Assembly: GCA_046331685.1 (NCBI GenBank)
Contig: JAXLQI010000007.1
Coordinates: 1,862 to 65,861 of the forward strand
Source: Candidatus Micrarchaeia archaeon
GTDB taxonomy: Archaea > Micrarchaeota > Micrarchaeia > Anstonellales > Bilamarchaeaceae
Direction: 5' to 3'
Length of the DNA stretch: 64,000 bases
A program made the translations under genes and the position numbers. Below, piece after piece: positions 29,225 to 38,158 of the stretch; position 1 is the stretch's first letter, and every line of letters starts with the position of its first letter. A model generated the notes under the pieces. That model was given only the letters and a program-made list of their open reading frames with translations, did not search any database and was not told the DNA's origin.

Positions 29225-30398
29225 GCAAGAAGCCGGGCAGGCAGGGCGATGAAGCACCTGGCTTCTGCGCGCCGTCCGAGACCCCGTCCGACCCCAGGAC
29301 CTTCTCGTCTTTCGCGTCGTTGAAGGACGCGGTCATCGGAAGATCATAGAGGAACCGGTTCTGGAAGAGGGACTGGTTTATGCCCTGGTATTTATGCACC
29401 ACCGAGGATGGCCGGAGGAGGAGGATCGAGGACTGCTCGCCCCCGTATCCGTCCGGGACCTGGAAGGAATACGAGCCGAAGACGTATTCAGGCCGATCGT
29501 TCCGTATCGCGACGTCGGCGACATGGCTGTCTCGGTCGACGCTCACCGTGACATTCACGCCTTTGCTATCAGGGGTGGCGAATCGAAGGGCCAGGCGGTC
29601 ATCGACGGATATCTGCGCGTCCTTGTCCTTGGAGAGCAGGATGTCGTATGTGCCCGACTGGTCAGGCCCGTAGTGCATCCCGAAATGGGTGTCATCGAGG
29701 ATGCCGACCTGCCCGAAAGTAGGGTCGGCAGGAAGCCATCCGTAGCCAGGGATATAGATCTCCGCCCATGCATGCGCCTGCCAGGCGTTCGCGAACACGT
29801 AGCCGCTCACATAGCGGGTATCGAAACCGAGCGAGCGTGCCATTGATATGAGGAGGTGGGTGTATTCGACGCATACTCCCCGCCTTTCAGTTATGACATC
29901 CCTGGCTGCCCGGACACGGCCCCAGTAGGATATGTCGTAGGTGACATTGGAGTGCACCCAGTTCACGAGATTCGCGATGCTCGCGAGGGAGGAGTCCTCG
30001 CGGCCGAGCATCCCGGCCTGCGCACGGATCGCCTGATCCGGTTCGGTGAGGTTCGAGCTTTCGAGGCGCCCTCCCGGGACCGGATGGTCGGCGGTGATAT
30101 TGGTGTCGTAATCGATATCCACCACAGAGTCGGCACGGAGCACGGTCCGATTCTCCCCTGATCCCTGGAAATGGACCCAGACGACCCCGTCAGGGTCCGT
30201 AGTGACCTCGGCCTGGGGGTCGGTGATCACCGAGACGATCCGCTGGTTCGAGTTGTTTATGCCGATGGAGGCCGTGAGGTCGTAATCGCTTCCATCGCTC
30301 TGGATCGTCCATGTCCGCTCGATCGACAAGCGCGAATATCCGAAGCTGTTCGCCAGAGCAAGGCCAGAGAGCAGGAGGATGATGAACAGCCGCCTCAT
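29187..30398 (-). CDS. Secreted transglutaminase-like protein with C-terminal PGF-like anchor
   Basis: Signal peptide; GVCVEY, HAWAE and DPT catalytic triad; CLPGFLLIGLALAR C-terminus; ATGA overlap with purD. Confidence 0.88.
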   Translation of the reverse strand: MRRLFIILLLSGLALANSFGYSRLSIERTWTIQSDGSDYDLTASIGINNSNQRIVSVITDPQAEVTTDPDGVVWVHFQGSGENRTVLRADSVVDIDYDTNITADHPVPGGRLESSNLTEPDQAIRAQAGMLGREDSSLASIANLVNWVHSNVTYDISYWGRVRAARDVITERRGVCVEYTHLLISMARSLGFDTRYVSGYVFANAWQAHAWAEIYIPGYGWLPADPTFGQVGILDDTHFGMHYGPDQSGTYDILLSKDKDAQISVDDRLALRFATPDSKGVNVTVSVDRDSHVADVAIRNDRPEYVFGSYSFQVPDGYGGEQSSILLLRPSSVVHKYQGINQSLFQNRFLYDLPMTASFNDAKDEKVLGSDGVSDGAQKPGASSPCLPGFLLIGLALARIGRP

Positions 30399-31696
30399 CC
30401 TCTCCCCCGCAATCCCTTCATCCTCGAGACTTTGCTTTCGATGAGGGCTTTCGTCCCGATATCGCTCCGGTGCCATAGCGGGCCCTTCACGAATCCGCAC
30501 GCCTTCTCAGCGGAGCGCTCGGCATCATCGAGAGACGGGGCGCGGCCCACGATCCCGACGGCACGCGAGCCGGTGGTCAGGATCCGGCCCTTGTCCTCGT
30601 AGACCGACGCGTAATATGCCCGCGCCCTTGAGGAACGTATCCCATCGTCGTTCACTGTGAACTGCGCATCCTTGACCGGAGCGTCCGGATATCCCTTGGG
30701 GACGAGATATTTGACCACGGTGCAGTCGCGCGAGAAATCCGCTTGCCTGAGCTTCCCCTCAGCCATCGAGAGGAAGATCTCTGAAAGGGAGCCTTCGAGG
30801 AGCGTGAGGACGTTCATGGCTTCCGGATCCCCGAAACGGGCATTGAATTCGATGACCCGGACGCCGTCCGCGGTCGCCATGAACTGGCCATAGAGGATGC
30901 CGTGGAACGGGACCCCCTCTTCCTTCATGGCTCCGGCCACGGACCGGATAATCGAAACGGCCGAATCAAGGTCCCCCTGCCCGAGGAACGGCAGGAGCCG
31001 TCCCGTAGAATAGCTCCCCATCCCCCCGGTGTTCGGGCCCAACTCGCCCTCGTACGCCCTCTTGTGGTCCTGCACAGGAGGCATCGGGGAGACATTCGCC
31101 CCGTCGCAGAAAGCCTGGAGTGTGAACTCCTCGCCTACCAGCTTCTCCTCGACCAGGACGGCCCTGTCCTTCTCGAGGAGGGACCTGGCATAGGCGAGGC
31201 CGTCCTCCACCTCGGTGAAATGATCGCCGCTGACCTTCACCCCCTTGCCGCCGGTGAGCCCGAGCGGCTTGATCGCGACTTCCCCCATGCCGCGGATCGC
31301 AGAATAAGCCGAATCCATGTCCCGTGCCACGACATGCCGCGCAGAGCCTTTGATCCGGTGCCTCTCGAGCAGGCCCCGCATGTACGATTTGTCCCATTCT
31401 ATCCTCGCGGCAGCCCTCGTGGGCGATGCGACCGGCATCCCTGCTTTCACGAGCACGTCGCTCGCCCCGGCCGCAAGCGCGCCGTCCGGGCTCGCGAAAC
31501 CGAGGTCGAACCGCTTGCCGCTGATAGCACGCCCGATGGCTGAAGGGTCCTCTATATCGCATATCCAGTGCTCTTTGGCTAATGACGCGATCGCGGGATT
31601 CTTCTTGGACATGAGGGCATAGAGTTCGCAGTCTGAGGACAGCCTCTCGGCTATGATGTGCTCCCGTGCCCCATTGCCGATAAGCAGCGCTTTCAT
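30395..31696 (-). CDS. purD: Phosphoribosylamine-glycine ligase
   Basis: GNGAREH, GLTGGKGV, QDHKRAYEG..GPNTGGMG, EFNARFGDPE, RSDIG. Confidence 0.96.
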   Translation of the reverse strand: MKALLIGNGAREHIIAERLSSDCELYALMSKKNPAIASLAKEHWICDIEDPSAIGRAISGKRFDLGFASPDGALAAGASDVLVKAGMPVASPTRAAARIEWDKSYMRGLLERHRIKGSARHVVARDMDSAYSAIRGMGEVAIKPLGLTGGKGVKVSGDHFTEVEDGLAYARSLLEKDRAVLVEEKLVGEEFTLQAFCDGANVSPMPPVQDHKRAYEGELGPNTGGMGSYSTGRLLPFLGQGDLDSAVSIIRSVAGAMKEEGVPFHGILYGQFMATADGVRVIEFNARFGDPEAMNVLTLLEGSLSEIFLSMAEGKLRQADFSRDCTVVKYLVPKGYPDAPVKDAQFTVNDDGIRSSRARAYYASVYEDKGRILTTGSRAVGIVGRAPSLDDAERSAEKACGFVKGPLWHRSDIGTKALIESKVSRMKGLRGRG

Positions 31697-31706
31697 CGAA
31701 TCACGC

Positions 31707-31886
31707 CTATTTCTTCTTTCCCCCGAACAGCTCGCCGACGGTGTCTTTGAACGATTTCTTGAGCGGCTGCTTGATGATGAAGGAGCGGAGGTTGGGGTAC
31801 TGACGCAGGAGCTCGAAGGCGAAGATGTACTCGCTCCGGTGCTCTTCCTGGAGCTCCTTCACCGTTTTCTTCGGCCCTTTCTTCAT
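31707..31886 (-). CDS. Small basic hypothetical protein (59 aa)
   Basis: Below the ORF-track cutoff: MKKGPKKTVKELQEEHRSEYIFAFELLRQYPNLRSFIIKQPLKKSFKDTVGELFGGKKK; ATGA overlap with the upstream gene; ends 10 bp before purD. Confidence 0.7.
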   Translation of the reverse strand: MKKGPKKTVKELQEEHRSEYIFAFELLRQYPNLRSFIIKQPLKKSFKDTVGELFGGKKK

Positions 31887-32587
31887 TCGAACCGCCTCCG
31901 TATGAATCCTTCCCGGATGAGCATGTTTAGGCCTTCCTCTGCCCTGGTCACCGCCACCGAGTTGGCTTTGGAGAATTCGCGCACATCTATCGTGCCCCCA
32001 TGGACCTTGATCCAGTTGTAGAGGGACTCCTTGAGCAGGTCGTCCCCCATCCCGGTGAGGGTGTTGAGCTTCTTAGCGAGCTCGTCCCTCTTCCTCTCGC
32101 ATTCGAGCAGTATCCTGGTATTGGCCTCGCTTGAGCGGAGGAGGTCCTCGTATTTCGAGCTCATGTCGTTGAACTTGGACTGGAGCTCGGTGAGCTGGGT
32201 CGAGAACTCGAGGGCGTCGCGGTCGATGATCTTCGCCGCCTCGCCGAGGAGGGAATTGATATGGGTGAATATGCTCGCAGGCCGAATCGCATAGTAGTCT
32301 TCGGCGACCTGGAGGATATTGAGGAACGTGGGCATCAGCTCGAGGAGACGGGAGATCCTGCTCCTTTTGGCTGAGAAGGTGTAGGTGAACTCGATCGAGT
32401 CGGCCTTGAACTCCACCATGTACTCGAGATATGGCTTGCCCTGCAGGTCGGTCCCTTTTATCTTCTCGACCGACAGCGCGTTCTTGGAATACGAGATCTT
32501 CGTGAAACCGAGGCCGCTCAGCAGGCTAGCGAGGCTCTTGAGCGGATTCTTCTGTTTCGCATCTACGATTATCTTCTCCTCAGACAT
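31883..32587 (-). CDS. Hypothetical protein: alpha/beta domain, coiled coil, C-terminal winged helix
   Basis: Heptad region ELQSKFNDMSSKYEDLL...ELAKKL; C-terminal WIKVHGGTIDVREFSK...LIREGFI; GGAGG SD. Confidence 0.75.
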   Translation of the reverse strand: MSEEKIIVDAKQKNPLKSLASLLSGLGFTKISYSKNALSVEKIKGTDLQGKPYLEYMVEFKADSIEFTYTFSAKRSRISRLLELMPTFLNILQVAEDYYAIRPASIFTHINSLLGEAAKIIDRDALEFSTQLTELQSKFNDMSSKYEDLLRSSEANTRILLECERKRDELAKKLNTLTGMGDDLLKESLYNWIKVHGGTIDVREFSKANSVAVTRAEEGLNMLIREGFIRRRFE

Positions 32588-32593
32588 GAAACT

Positions 32594-32764
32594 TTCCTCC
32601 AAACTTTCCTCCTATTGAACCCCGGTAAAAGTTTGATCAAACTTCAGCCGGTAATACATATCCTCGAGATTCCTCCAAACTTTCCTCCTATTGAACCCCG
32701 GTAAAAGTTTGATCAAACTTCAGCCGGTAATACATATCCTCGAGATTCCTCCAAACTTTCCTCC
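32594..32764. repeat. Exact 76-bp tandem repeat (two copies plus 19 nt), each copy containing the 16-bp palindrome AAGTTTGATCAAACTT
   Basis: Unit starts at 32594, 32670 and 32746; palindromes at 32629-32644 and 32705-32720. Confidence 0.95.
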
Positions 32765-32802
32765 AATAATTTTCCGGTGGCCGACGGACCCCTCCGGACA
32801 TC

Positions 32803-34389
32803 TCAGACATTCCCTTCCTCCAAAACCACGTTCACGACCCCTTTCGTGGCCTTCCTCATGCGGACGAGCGAGAAAACAGCGATGAGGTTCTTCTCATCGA
32901 TCCCGAGCTGGCGGAGGAAGGATATTATCGACGGCTTGGAGTATCCGAATTTCTCCAGCACCGCCACAAGCTGCTCTCCGTCCAGGAGGCCGTCCCCCTT
33001 CTCGAACTCGCCTTTGATAAGGTTCAGCTGGCCTTCGGTCAGGCCCATCTCGTAAAGCATCCGCACGAACTGCTCGCGTTCTATCTCGACAATCATTTCC
33101 CCACCTTTTATCTTGTAGATGAGAAGGGGCTCCTCCCCGTCTATCTTGTCCATGAGAAAGGTCATGACCTTGGTCTGCCTCTCCGCGAAGATCATGTTGA
33201 CGGCGGCGTCGCCGACACCGAACTTTGATATCTCCCCGTCTATGAAGCTCGAATACCCTATGGAATTGCGGACATAGTCGCGGAACTCCTTGAGGATGAG
33301 ACGGAGCACGAACACCGAGCCTATGTTGCTGAAGATAGTCTTGTGCATGTCCGTCGGGTTCTGGGTGGCTATGACGAGCGAGAAGTTGTACTTGCGCCCT
33401 TCCCGGACGATCGTGATGACATCGCTCCGCTCGTCCTGCGCGATCTTCCAGGCCTCATCAAGAACGACGAAGAGCCTCACGTGCTTGTTGTCCTTCTGCA
33501 TCCCTTCGAGGCGCATCAGCTCCTTGATATACTGTAGGATCGTCAGGCCCGCGAGGCTGCGCATCTCCTCGCTCGGCAGCTCGTGGAGGTCGATGCAGAC
33601 GAGCCCTGAGCTCGTGAGCTTCTTGATGTCCATCGTCGAAGTGCCTGCGAAGAAATCCGACCCTTCGGCCGTGAAGCGCTTGAGGAGCCTTGCCGCCTTC
33701 TTCTTGCCCCATTTCTCCAGGACCCAGACGACATTCGAGAGCGTGGGCTTCTCTACCCGCCCGTCCTTGGCCAGCTCGACAAGGACATCCTTCACGTCGC
33801 CTGCCTTGAGCTTGCCCGCAGACTTCTTCATGCGCTTCTCGGCCTCGACCAGCTTGAGGTTCTCCTTGAGCGTCGGGTGGGCTGTGCCTGCCTTGTAATA
33901 GACGTATTCCAGGGCCTCCTCTATGTCGTCCCTCTCGTTCGGGTAGCTTTTCAGGTCCAGAAGGACGTCTAGGGCGGAGACTATCTGCTTGATCCGGCTC
34001 CGTTTCGGAAGCCCGACAAGGTCCAGTATGTTCAGCCTCTCCCTGGCGAGGTTGATGACGCGCCCTCCGGCCTGCCTCACCCATGTGTCATACTCGCCCA
34101 CCCAGTCGAGGATGATGGCGTTGGTGTCCCAGATCAGGGATGCCCTTGTGAGGAATGTCTTGACCGTGTATGATTTTCCCGAACCTGTGATCCCGATGAT
34201 CGCGATATGCGGATTGATGAGCTTGCTCGGATCCCAGAACACAGGCGTGCGGAGGAAGCGCGTCTTCCCGATATAGACTCCCTGCGTAGGGGGCGAGAGG
34301 AGGAGCTCCTTCCGTGGCTCTGGAGGATGCACAAGTATCATCTTGCGCGCGACCTCTTTGGAAAGCATGTAGGAAGATTTCAGGCCCAT
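32803..34389 (-). CDS. VirB4/CedB-like FtsK-HerA superfamily ATPase
   Basis: NPHIAIIGITGSGKS Walker A, ILDWVGEY, VVLDEAW Walker B, REGRKY Arg finger, ATQ; no N-terminal HAS barrel. Confidence 0.88.
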   Translation of the reverse strand: MGLKSSYMLSKEVARKMILVHPPEPRKELLLSPPTQGVYIGKTRFLRTPVFWDPSKLINPHIAIIGITGSGKSYTVKTFLTRASLIWDTNAIILDWVGEYDTWVRQAGGRVINLARERLNILDLVGLPKRSRIKQIVSALDVLLDLKSYPNERDDIEEALEYVYYKAGTAHPTLKENLKLVEAEKRMKKSAGKLKAGDVKDVLVELAKDGRVEKPTLSNVVWVLEKWGKKKAARLLKRFTAEGSDFFAGTSTMDIKKLTSSGLVCIDLHELPSEEMRSLAGLTILQYIKELMRLEGMQKDNKHVRLFVVLDEAWKIAQDERSDVITIVREGRKYNFSLVIATQNPTDMHKTIFSNIGSVFVLRLILKEFRDYVRNSIGYSSFIDGEISKFGVGDAAVNMIFAERQTKVMTFLMDKIDGEEPLLIYKIKGGEMIVEIEREQFVRMLYEMGLTEGQLNLIKGEFEKGDGLLDGEQLVAVLEKFGYSKPSIISFLRQLGIDEKNLIAVFSLVRMRKATKGVVNVVLEEGNV

Positions 34390-34447
34390 CTTTGCGCCCC
34401 ACCTCATTAATCATTCTTCTCGATGATATATAAACTTGCGCCGGCGC

Positions 34448-37400
34448 TCACTTCTTCTCCTTCCTACGCCTGTAGTAGAGGAAAGCCAGTATGACCAGGA
34501 TGACAGCGATCAGGAGCCAGACCGGCCAGATTTCAAGGGGCGAGGAGACGGCTGGCTTCCCTTGATCCCCAGAGGCGGATCTCGGCAGGACGTTGATGAA
34601 GACCTCCTTCACCACCTTGCCGTCCTTGAGCAGCGTGACCTTTATCTTGCCGCTGATCGAAGCCGGAACCTGGACGTTCCCGTTCTCGTCAGGAGCCGCA
34701 TCGAATTCCCTGCCGTCAGGCGTGGTGATCTTCGCCGTGCAGTTCTGGCCGGGCCCGCATGCCTTGTCGTTCTCGGTCAGCAGGCAGGTCTTGTTGTCGC
34801 CCACTACCGCGGTCGAGGGGCAGGTTATGTCATTGGAAAGGCACTTGTGCTCGACGCAGGACCTGCCCTGGGGGCACTGGGGGCAACCGGATTCGTTCCC
34901 GCATTCATAGCCATATGGAACGAACCTGTGGCCTTTCGCCGCGCCGCACTGCCCGGTGATGTCCCTGCATGCGCCGCCGGCGGCTCCGGGAGGTATGTCG
35001 CATGCCTGGCTGTCCTTGCACTGGGCATCCGAGGTGCATCCGAAAGACTCCTTGCATTTGTGGTCAGGAGAGCAGGCCTGGCCGGATGGGCACATCGAAT
35101 CCGAGCAGCATCCGAACGCGAGGCAGGCATGGCCGGTTATAACGCCGCAGGGACAGCTCACCGGGATGCACTGGCCTCCGGTGCAGCTTTTCTCCGAAGG
35201 GCATTCCGAATCGTTGGCGCAGGCCGGGAGGCATTCCGCGCACGATAAGAGAGCTGCTGATGCGGATGCGGAGTAGTATCCGCTTCCCGAAGCGTGGATC
35301 GTCACCGTCTTGCCGCAGCCGTCGAAAGATGCCTTTCCGCCGCCGTCGGTAGGGCCGATTGGATCGCCGTCGACCTTGACGTCGATGCCTGCGATCGGGC
35401 TGCCAGAGCTCCTCACCGTCACGGTGTTGCCGGAGCAGGAGCTGTTGATGGAAAGCGAGAGCGAGCCGGAGTTCTCCCCGCCGCCCTGAGGAGGCAGGAT
35501 GAACAGGCCGTAGATGTCATCGGCTGTGATGTTCGAAAGGGCCGGAGCCGAGAGGGTGTTGGAAGGGGCCGCGAGAGCCTGGCCCGGCGTGACCAACCAT
35601 CCGCTCATATTCCAGGTATAGAGCTGGATCGAATCCTCGGTCTGACCGGACGCCTCGAGATCGCTCCAATGGAACGCGAGGGAGTCTATGGCCGGCTCTC
35701 CGGTGAAATTGACCTTTAGGTATTTCCCAGCGAACGATGAGCGGTTCTCCGGAGACTGGCCGGGGGACGACGTGTCGTTGATCTGGTAGCCGCCGTTGAG
35801 CGTGTCGTTGAGCGAGATGTTGACAGATCCCGAGCCGAGCTTCGAGTTCACTATCCGCAGGAGAGGGGAACCGGTGAATGGCTTGGACTCCGCTATCTCC
35901 CAGCCGTTCCCGTAGAACCATGAATTGTAGATCCATGTCGCCGTGACGTTCGCACCCTTCTCGTAGATGCCAAACGCGTTCTGGTAGGCGGTGTTGTTCA
36001 AGAAGGTCGTGTTCCTGCTCATGTTCACCAGGTAGCCTGCATCGGCATTGTCATGCGCGATGTTCCCGATCAGGCTGTTGTTGGTCGAGAGGCCGCTCCC
36101 GGGCGACGGGGGCGGAGGGGGCGGGGCGAGGGATCCGCTCCGCAGGCGGAGAAGAGGCGCGGAGAGGCTCGCTGACCGCGGCCCCTTCACTGATATCCCG
36201 CAGTCGACCGGGCAGGTGATGAATGTCTCCCCGAGGAGGGGCTCGCAGATGAAGTTCCCGCAGGAGCTGCCTCCGGAAGTCGAGTTGGTCCCGTGGAGGA
36301 GGAATCCGTTCCTGGAGTTGGAGTATGCAGTGTTGCCGCTCAAGCTGTTGTTGCTCGCGATGAAAAGCTCGAAGCCGTTCATCGCGTTCTGGTAGGCGGT
36401 GTTCCCGGCGAGCAGATTGTTGTGCGCATTGCCTCCCGAAGTCGGGGGCGCCGGGGAGAGGCTGGCGGTCGTCCGCGCCGGGGCTGTGAAGATCGGCGGG
36501 GCGCTCGAATTCGACCCTTCGAGGAAGAAGCCGTCCCTGGCATTGCCGTACGCCGTGTTGCCGGAAAGGTTGTTATTGTCGCTTATGAAGAGGTGGAAGC
36601 CGTTCATGGAGTTGTTGCGGGCGGTGTTGCCGGACAGCGAATTATGGGAGGTGATCAGGACCGGGCTGTCGTTCACCAGGAAGCCGTCCTTGCTGTTCTG
36701 GTAGGCAGAGTTGCCGTCCAGGCTGACGAAGGAGCTGGAAAGCACGGCGAACCCGTTCCCGCCGTTGGAGTAGGCCGTGTTCCCGCTGATGTTGTTGTTA
36801 TTAGAGACGAGAAGCTGGAGGCCTCCTGCAGAATTGTTGTAGATGGAATTCCCGGTGATGTTGTTCGCCGGGCTGAACTGCAGGTTGAGGCCCAGGTTGC
36901 TGTTGCCGTGGATGTTGTTCTGCCTGATGGCGCTGGACGAGACGAACTGCAAAAGGAACGGCAACGAGCCTGTCATGTTGGTGATATTGTTGCCCGATAT
37001 TATGTCAGATGATTCCGATGAGGCGATCAATCCGACGTTAGGGCATGAAGAGAGGTAGTTGTCCGTGAAATTATTGAAGGAGCTGCTGAGGAGGTAAACG
37101 CACGCGTCGCTGTTGTTGTAGATAGTGTTGAGGGTGAGGCCGTTGCCATCCGAGCCGCTCTGGAGCCTGAGGCCGCCGATGTTGGAGTAGATCTGGGAGC
37201 CTGATACCGTGTTCCCGTCGCTGTCGGTGAGGAAGATGCCGACCCGGTCATCGTGGGCGATATTGCCGGCAAGGTTATTGCCGTCGCTATTGTCCAGGTA
37301 GAATCCGCCGTCGAAGAACCCCGGGCCCGAGTTTGAGAATGCCGAGTTGCCGGAAAGGTTATTGCCGCCGCTGGAATGCAGATAGAATCCCCTCGCATTG

Positions 37401-38050
37401 CCGTAGGCGGTGTTGCCGCTGAAGCTGTTATTATCCGAGCCCGAGTCAAGATGGAAACCATCGCCGAGATTGCCGTAAGCGGTGTTGTTGACGAACGTCC
37501 CGTTCACTCCGTCGCTGAGAAAGAATCCCTGATAAGGTGCGAGAGGGGGCGGGAAGCCGGGCGCCCTGGAGATGTCATGAACCGTATTCCCTATGAACGC
37601 CGAATCCAGGGAGCTCGTGCCATAACCGATGCCGTAGAGGGTGCCGTTCCAGACCGTGTTGTTCTGGAACAGGCTGCTGTTCACCACCGAGGCTGCGATA
37701 CCGACGTCAAAGCCGGAGATGGCGCAGTTTTTCACCGTGATATTGGTCAGAGGGGCCGACGGAGGGAGGTTGTCTACCACGATTGCGCCAGAAGGCACTG
37801 AAAGATTGGTTTGTTTCGTGATAGAGAAGCCCATGCAGTCCAGCACGACGTTGGAGGAGGTTATCCTGATGCATGAGGCTGATCCGGCGATCGCGACGTT
37901 GGGATTGGGCGAGCCGATCAGGTTGCCGAGCAGGAAATACGAGCCGCTGGCGGTGATGTTGACGCATGAGGCGATGCCTCCAGGCGGCGGCGTAGCGATC
38001 GAAAAACCGGCCAGGAGCACCAAAACCGAGATAAGGACAGAAAGTCGCAT
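34448..38050 (-). CDS. 1200-aa surface protein: NosD/CASH right-handed beta-helix repeats, Cys-rich modules, C-terminal TM anchor
   Basis: Signal peptide; many S.NN.LSGNTAY.N..GF.L repeats; CGNFICE...CPVDC module; C..DS.C...C...C repeats; TM followed by RRRKEKK. Confidence 0.9.
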   Translation of the reverse strand: MRLSVLISVLVLLAGFSIATPPPGGIASCVNITASGSYFLLGNLIGSPNPNVAIAGSASCIRITSSNVVLDCMGFSITKQTNLSVPSGAIVVDNLPPSAPLTNITVKNCAISGFDVGIAASVVNSSLFQNNTVWNGTLYGIGYGTSSLDSAFIGNTVHDISRAPGFPPPLAPYQGFFLSDGVNGTFVNNTAYGNLGDGFHLDSGSDNNSFSGNTAYGNARGFYLHSSGGNNLSGNSAFSNSGPGFFDGGFYLDNSDGNNLAGNIAHDDRVGIFLTDSDGNTVSGSQIYSNIGGLRLQSGSDGNGLTLNTIYNNSDACVYLLSSSFNNFTDNYLSSCPNVGLIASSESSDIISGNNITNMTGSLPFLLQFVSSSAIRQNNIHGNSNLGLNLQFSPANNITGNSIYNNSAGGLQLLVSNNNNISGNTAYSNGGNGFAVLSSSFVSLDGNSAYQNSKDGFLVNDSPVLITSHNSLSGNTARNNSMNGFHLFISDNNNLSGNTAYGNARDGFFLEGSNSSAPPIFTAPARTTASLSPAPPTSGGNAHNNLLAGNTAYQNAMNGFELFIASNNSLSGNTAYSNSRNGFLLHGTNSTSGGSSCGNFICEPLLGETFITCPVDCGISVKGPRSASLSAPLLRLRSGSLAPPPPPPSPGSGLSTNNSLIGNIAHDNADAGYLVNMSRNTTFLNNTAYQNAFGIYEKGANVTATWIYNSWFYGNGWEIAESKPFTGSPLLRIVNSKLGSGSVNISLNDTLNGGYQINDTSSPGQSPENRSSFAGKYLKVNFTGEPAIDSLAFHWSDLEASGQTEDSIQLYTWNMSGWLVTPGQALAAPSNTLSAPALSNITADDIYGLFILPPQGGGENSGSLSLSINSSCSGNTVTVRSSGSPIAGIDVKVDGDPIGPTDGGGKASFDGCGKTVTIHASGSGYYSASASAALLSCAECLPACANDSECPSEKSCTGGQCIPVSCPCGVITGHACLAFGCCSDSMCPSGQACSPDHKCKESFGCTSDAQCKDSQACDIPPGAAGGACRDITGQCGAAKGHRFVPYGYECGNESGCPQCPQGRSCVEHKCLSNDITCPSTAVVGDNKTCLLTENDKACGPGQNCTAKITTPDGREFDAAPDENGNVQVPASISGKIKVTLLKDGKVVKEVFINVLPRSASGDQGKPAVSSPLEIWPVWLLIAVILVILAFLYYRRRKEKK

Positions 38051-38158
38051 CCAGGTTCTTCACGGCAGAGATTAATAAAGTTTCAATCCCGGCGCCTCTC
38101 CTTGCTAAAGGGAGCAGCCCGGAGCGATAGGAGAAAATAGCCCATGGCTCCGCAGCGC

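Noticed and set aside
32594..32764. CRISPR array
   Set aside because: The units are fully identical with no unique spacers, there are only about two copies, and no cas genes are present
32803..34389. DNA-repair helicase HerA as partner of NurA
   Set aside because: No N-terminal HAS barrel, 31 kb from nurA, and the membrane-protein context favours a VirB4/CedB-like role
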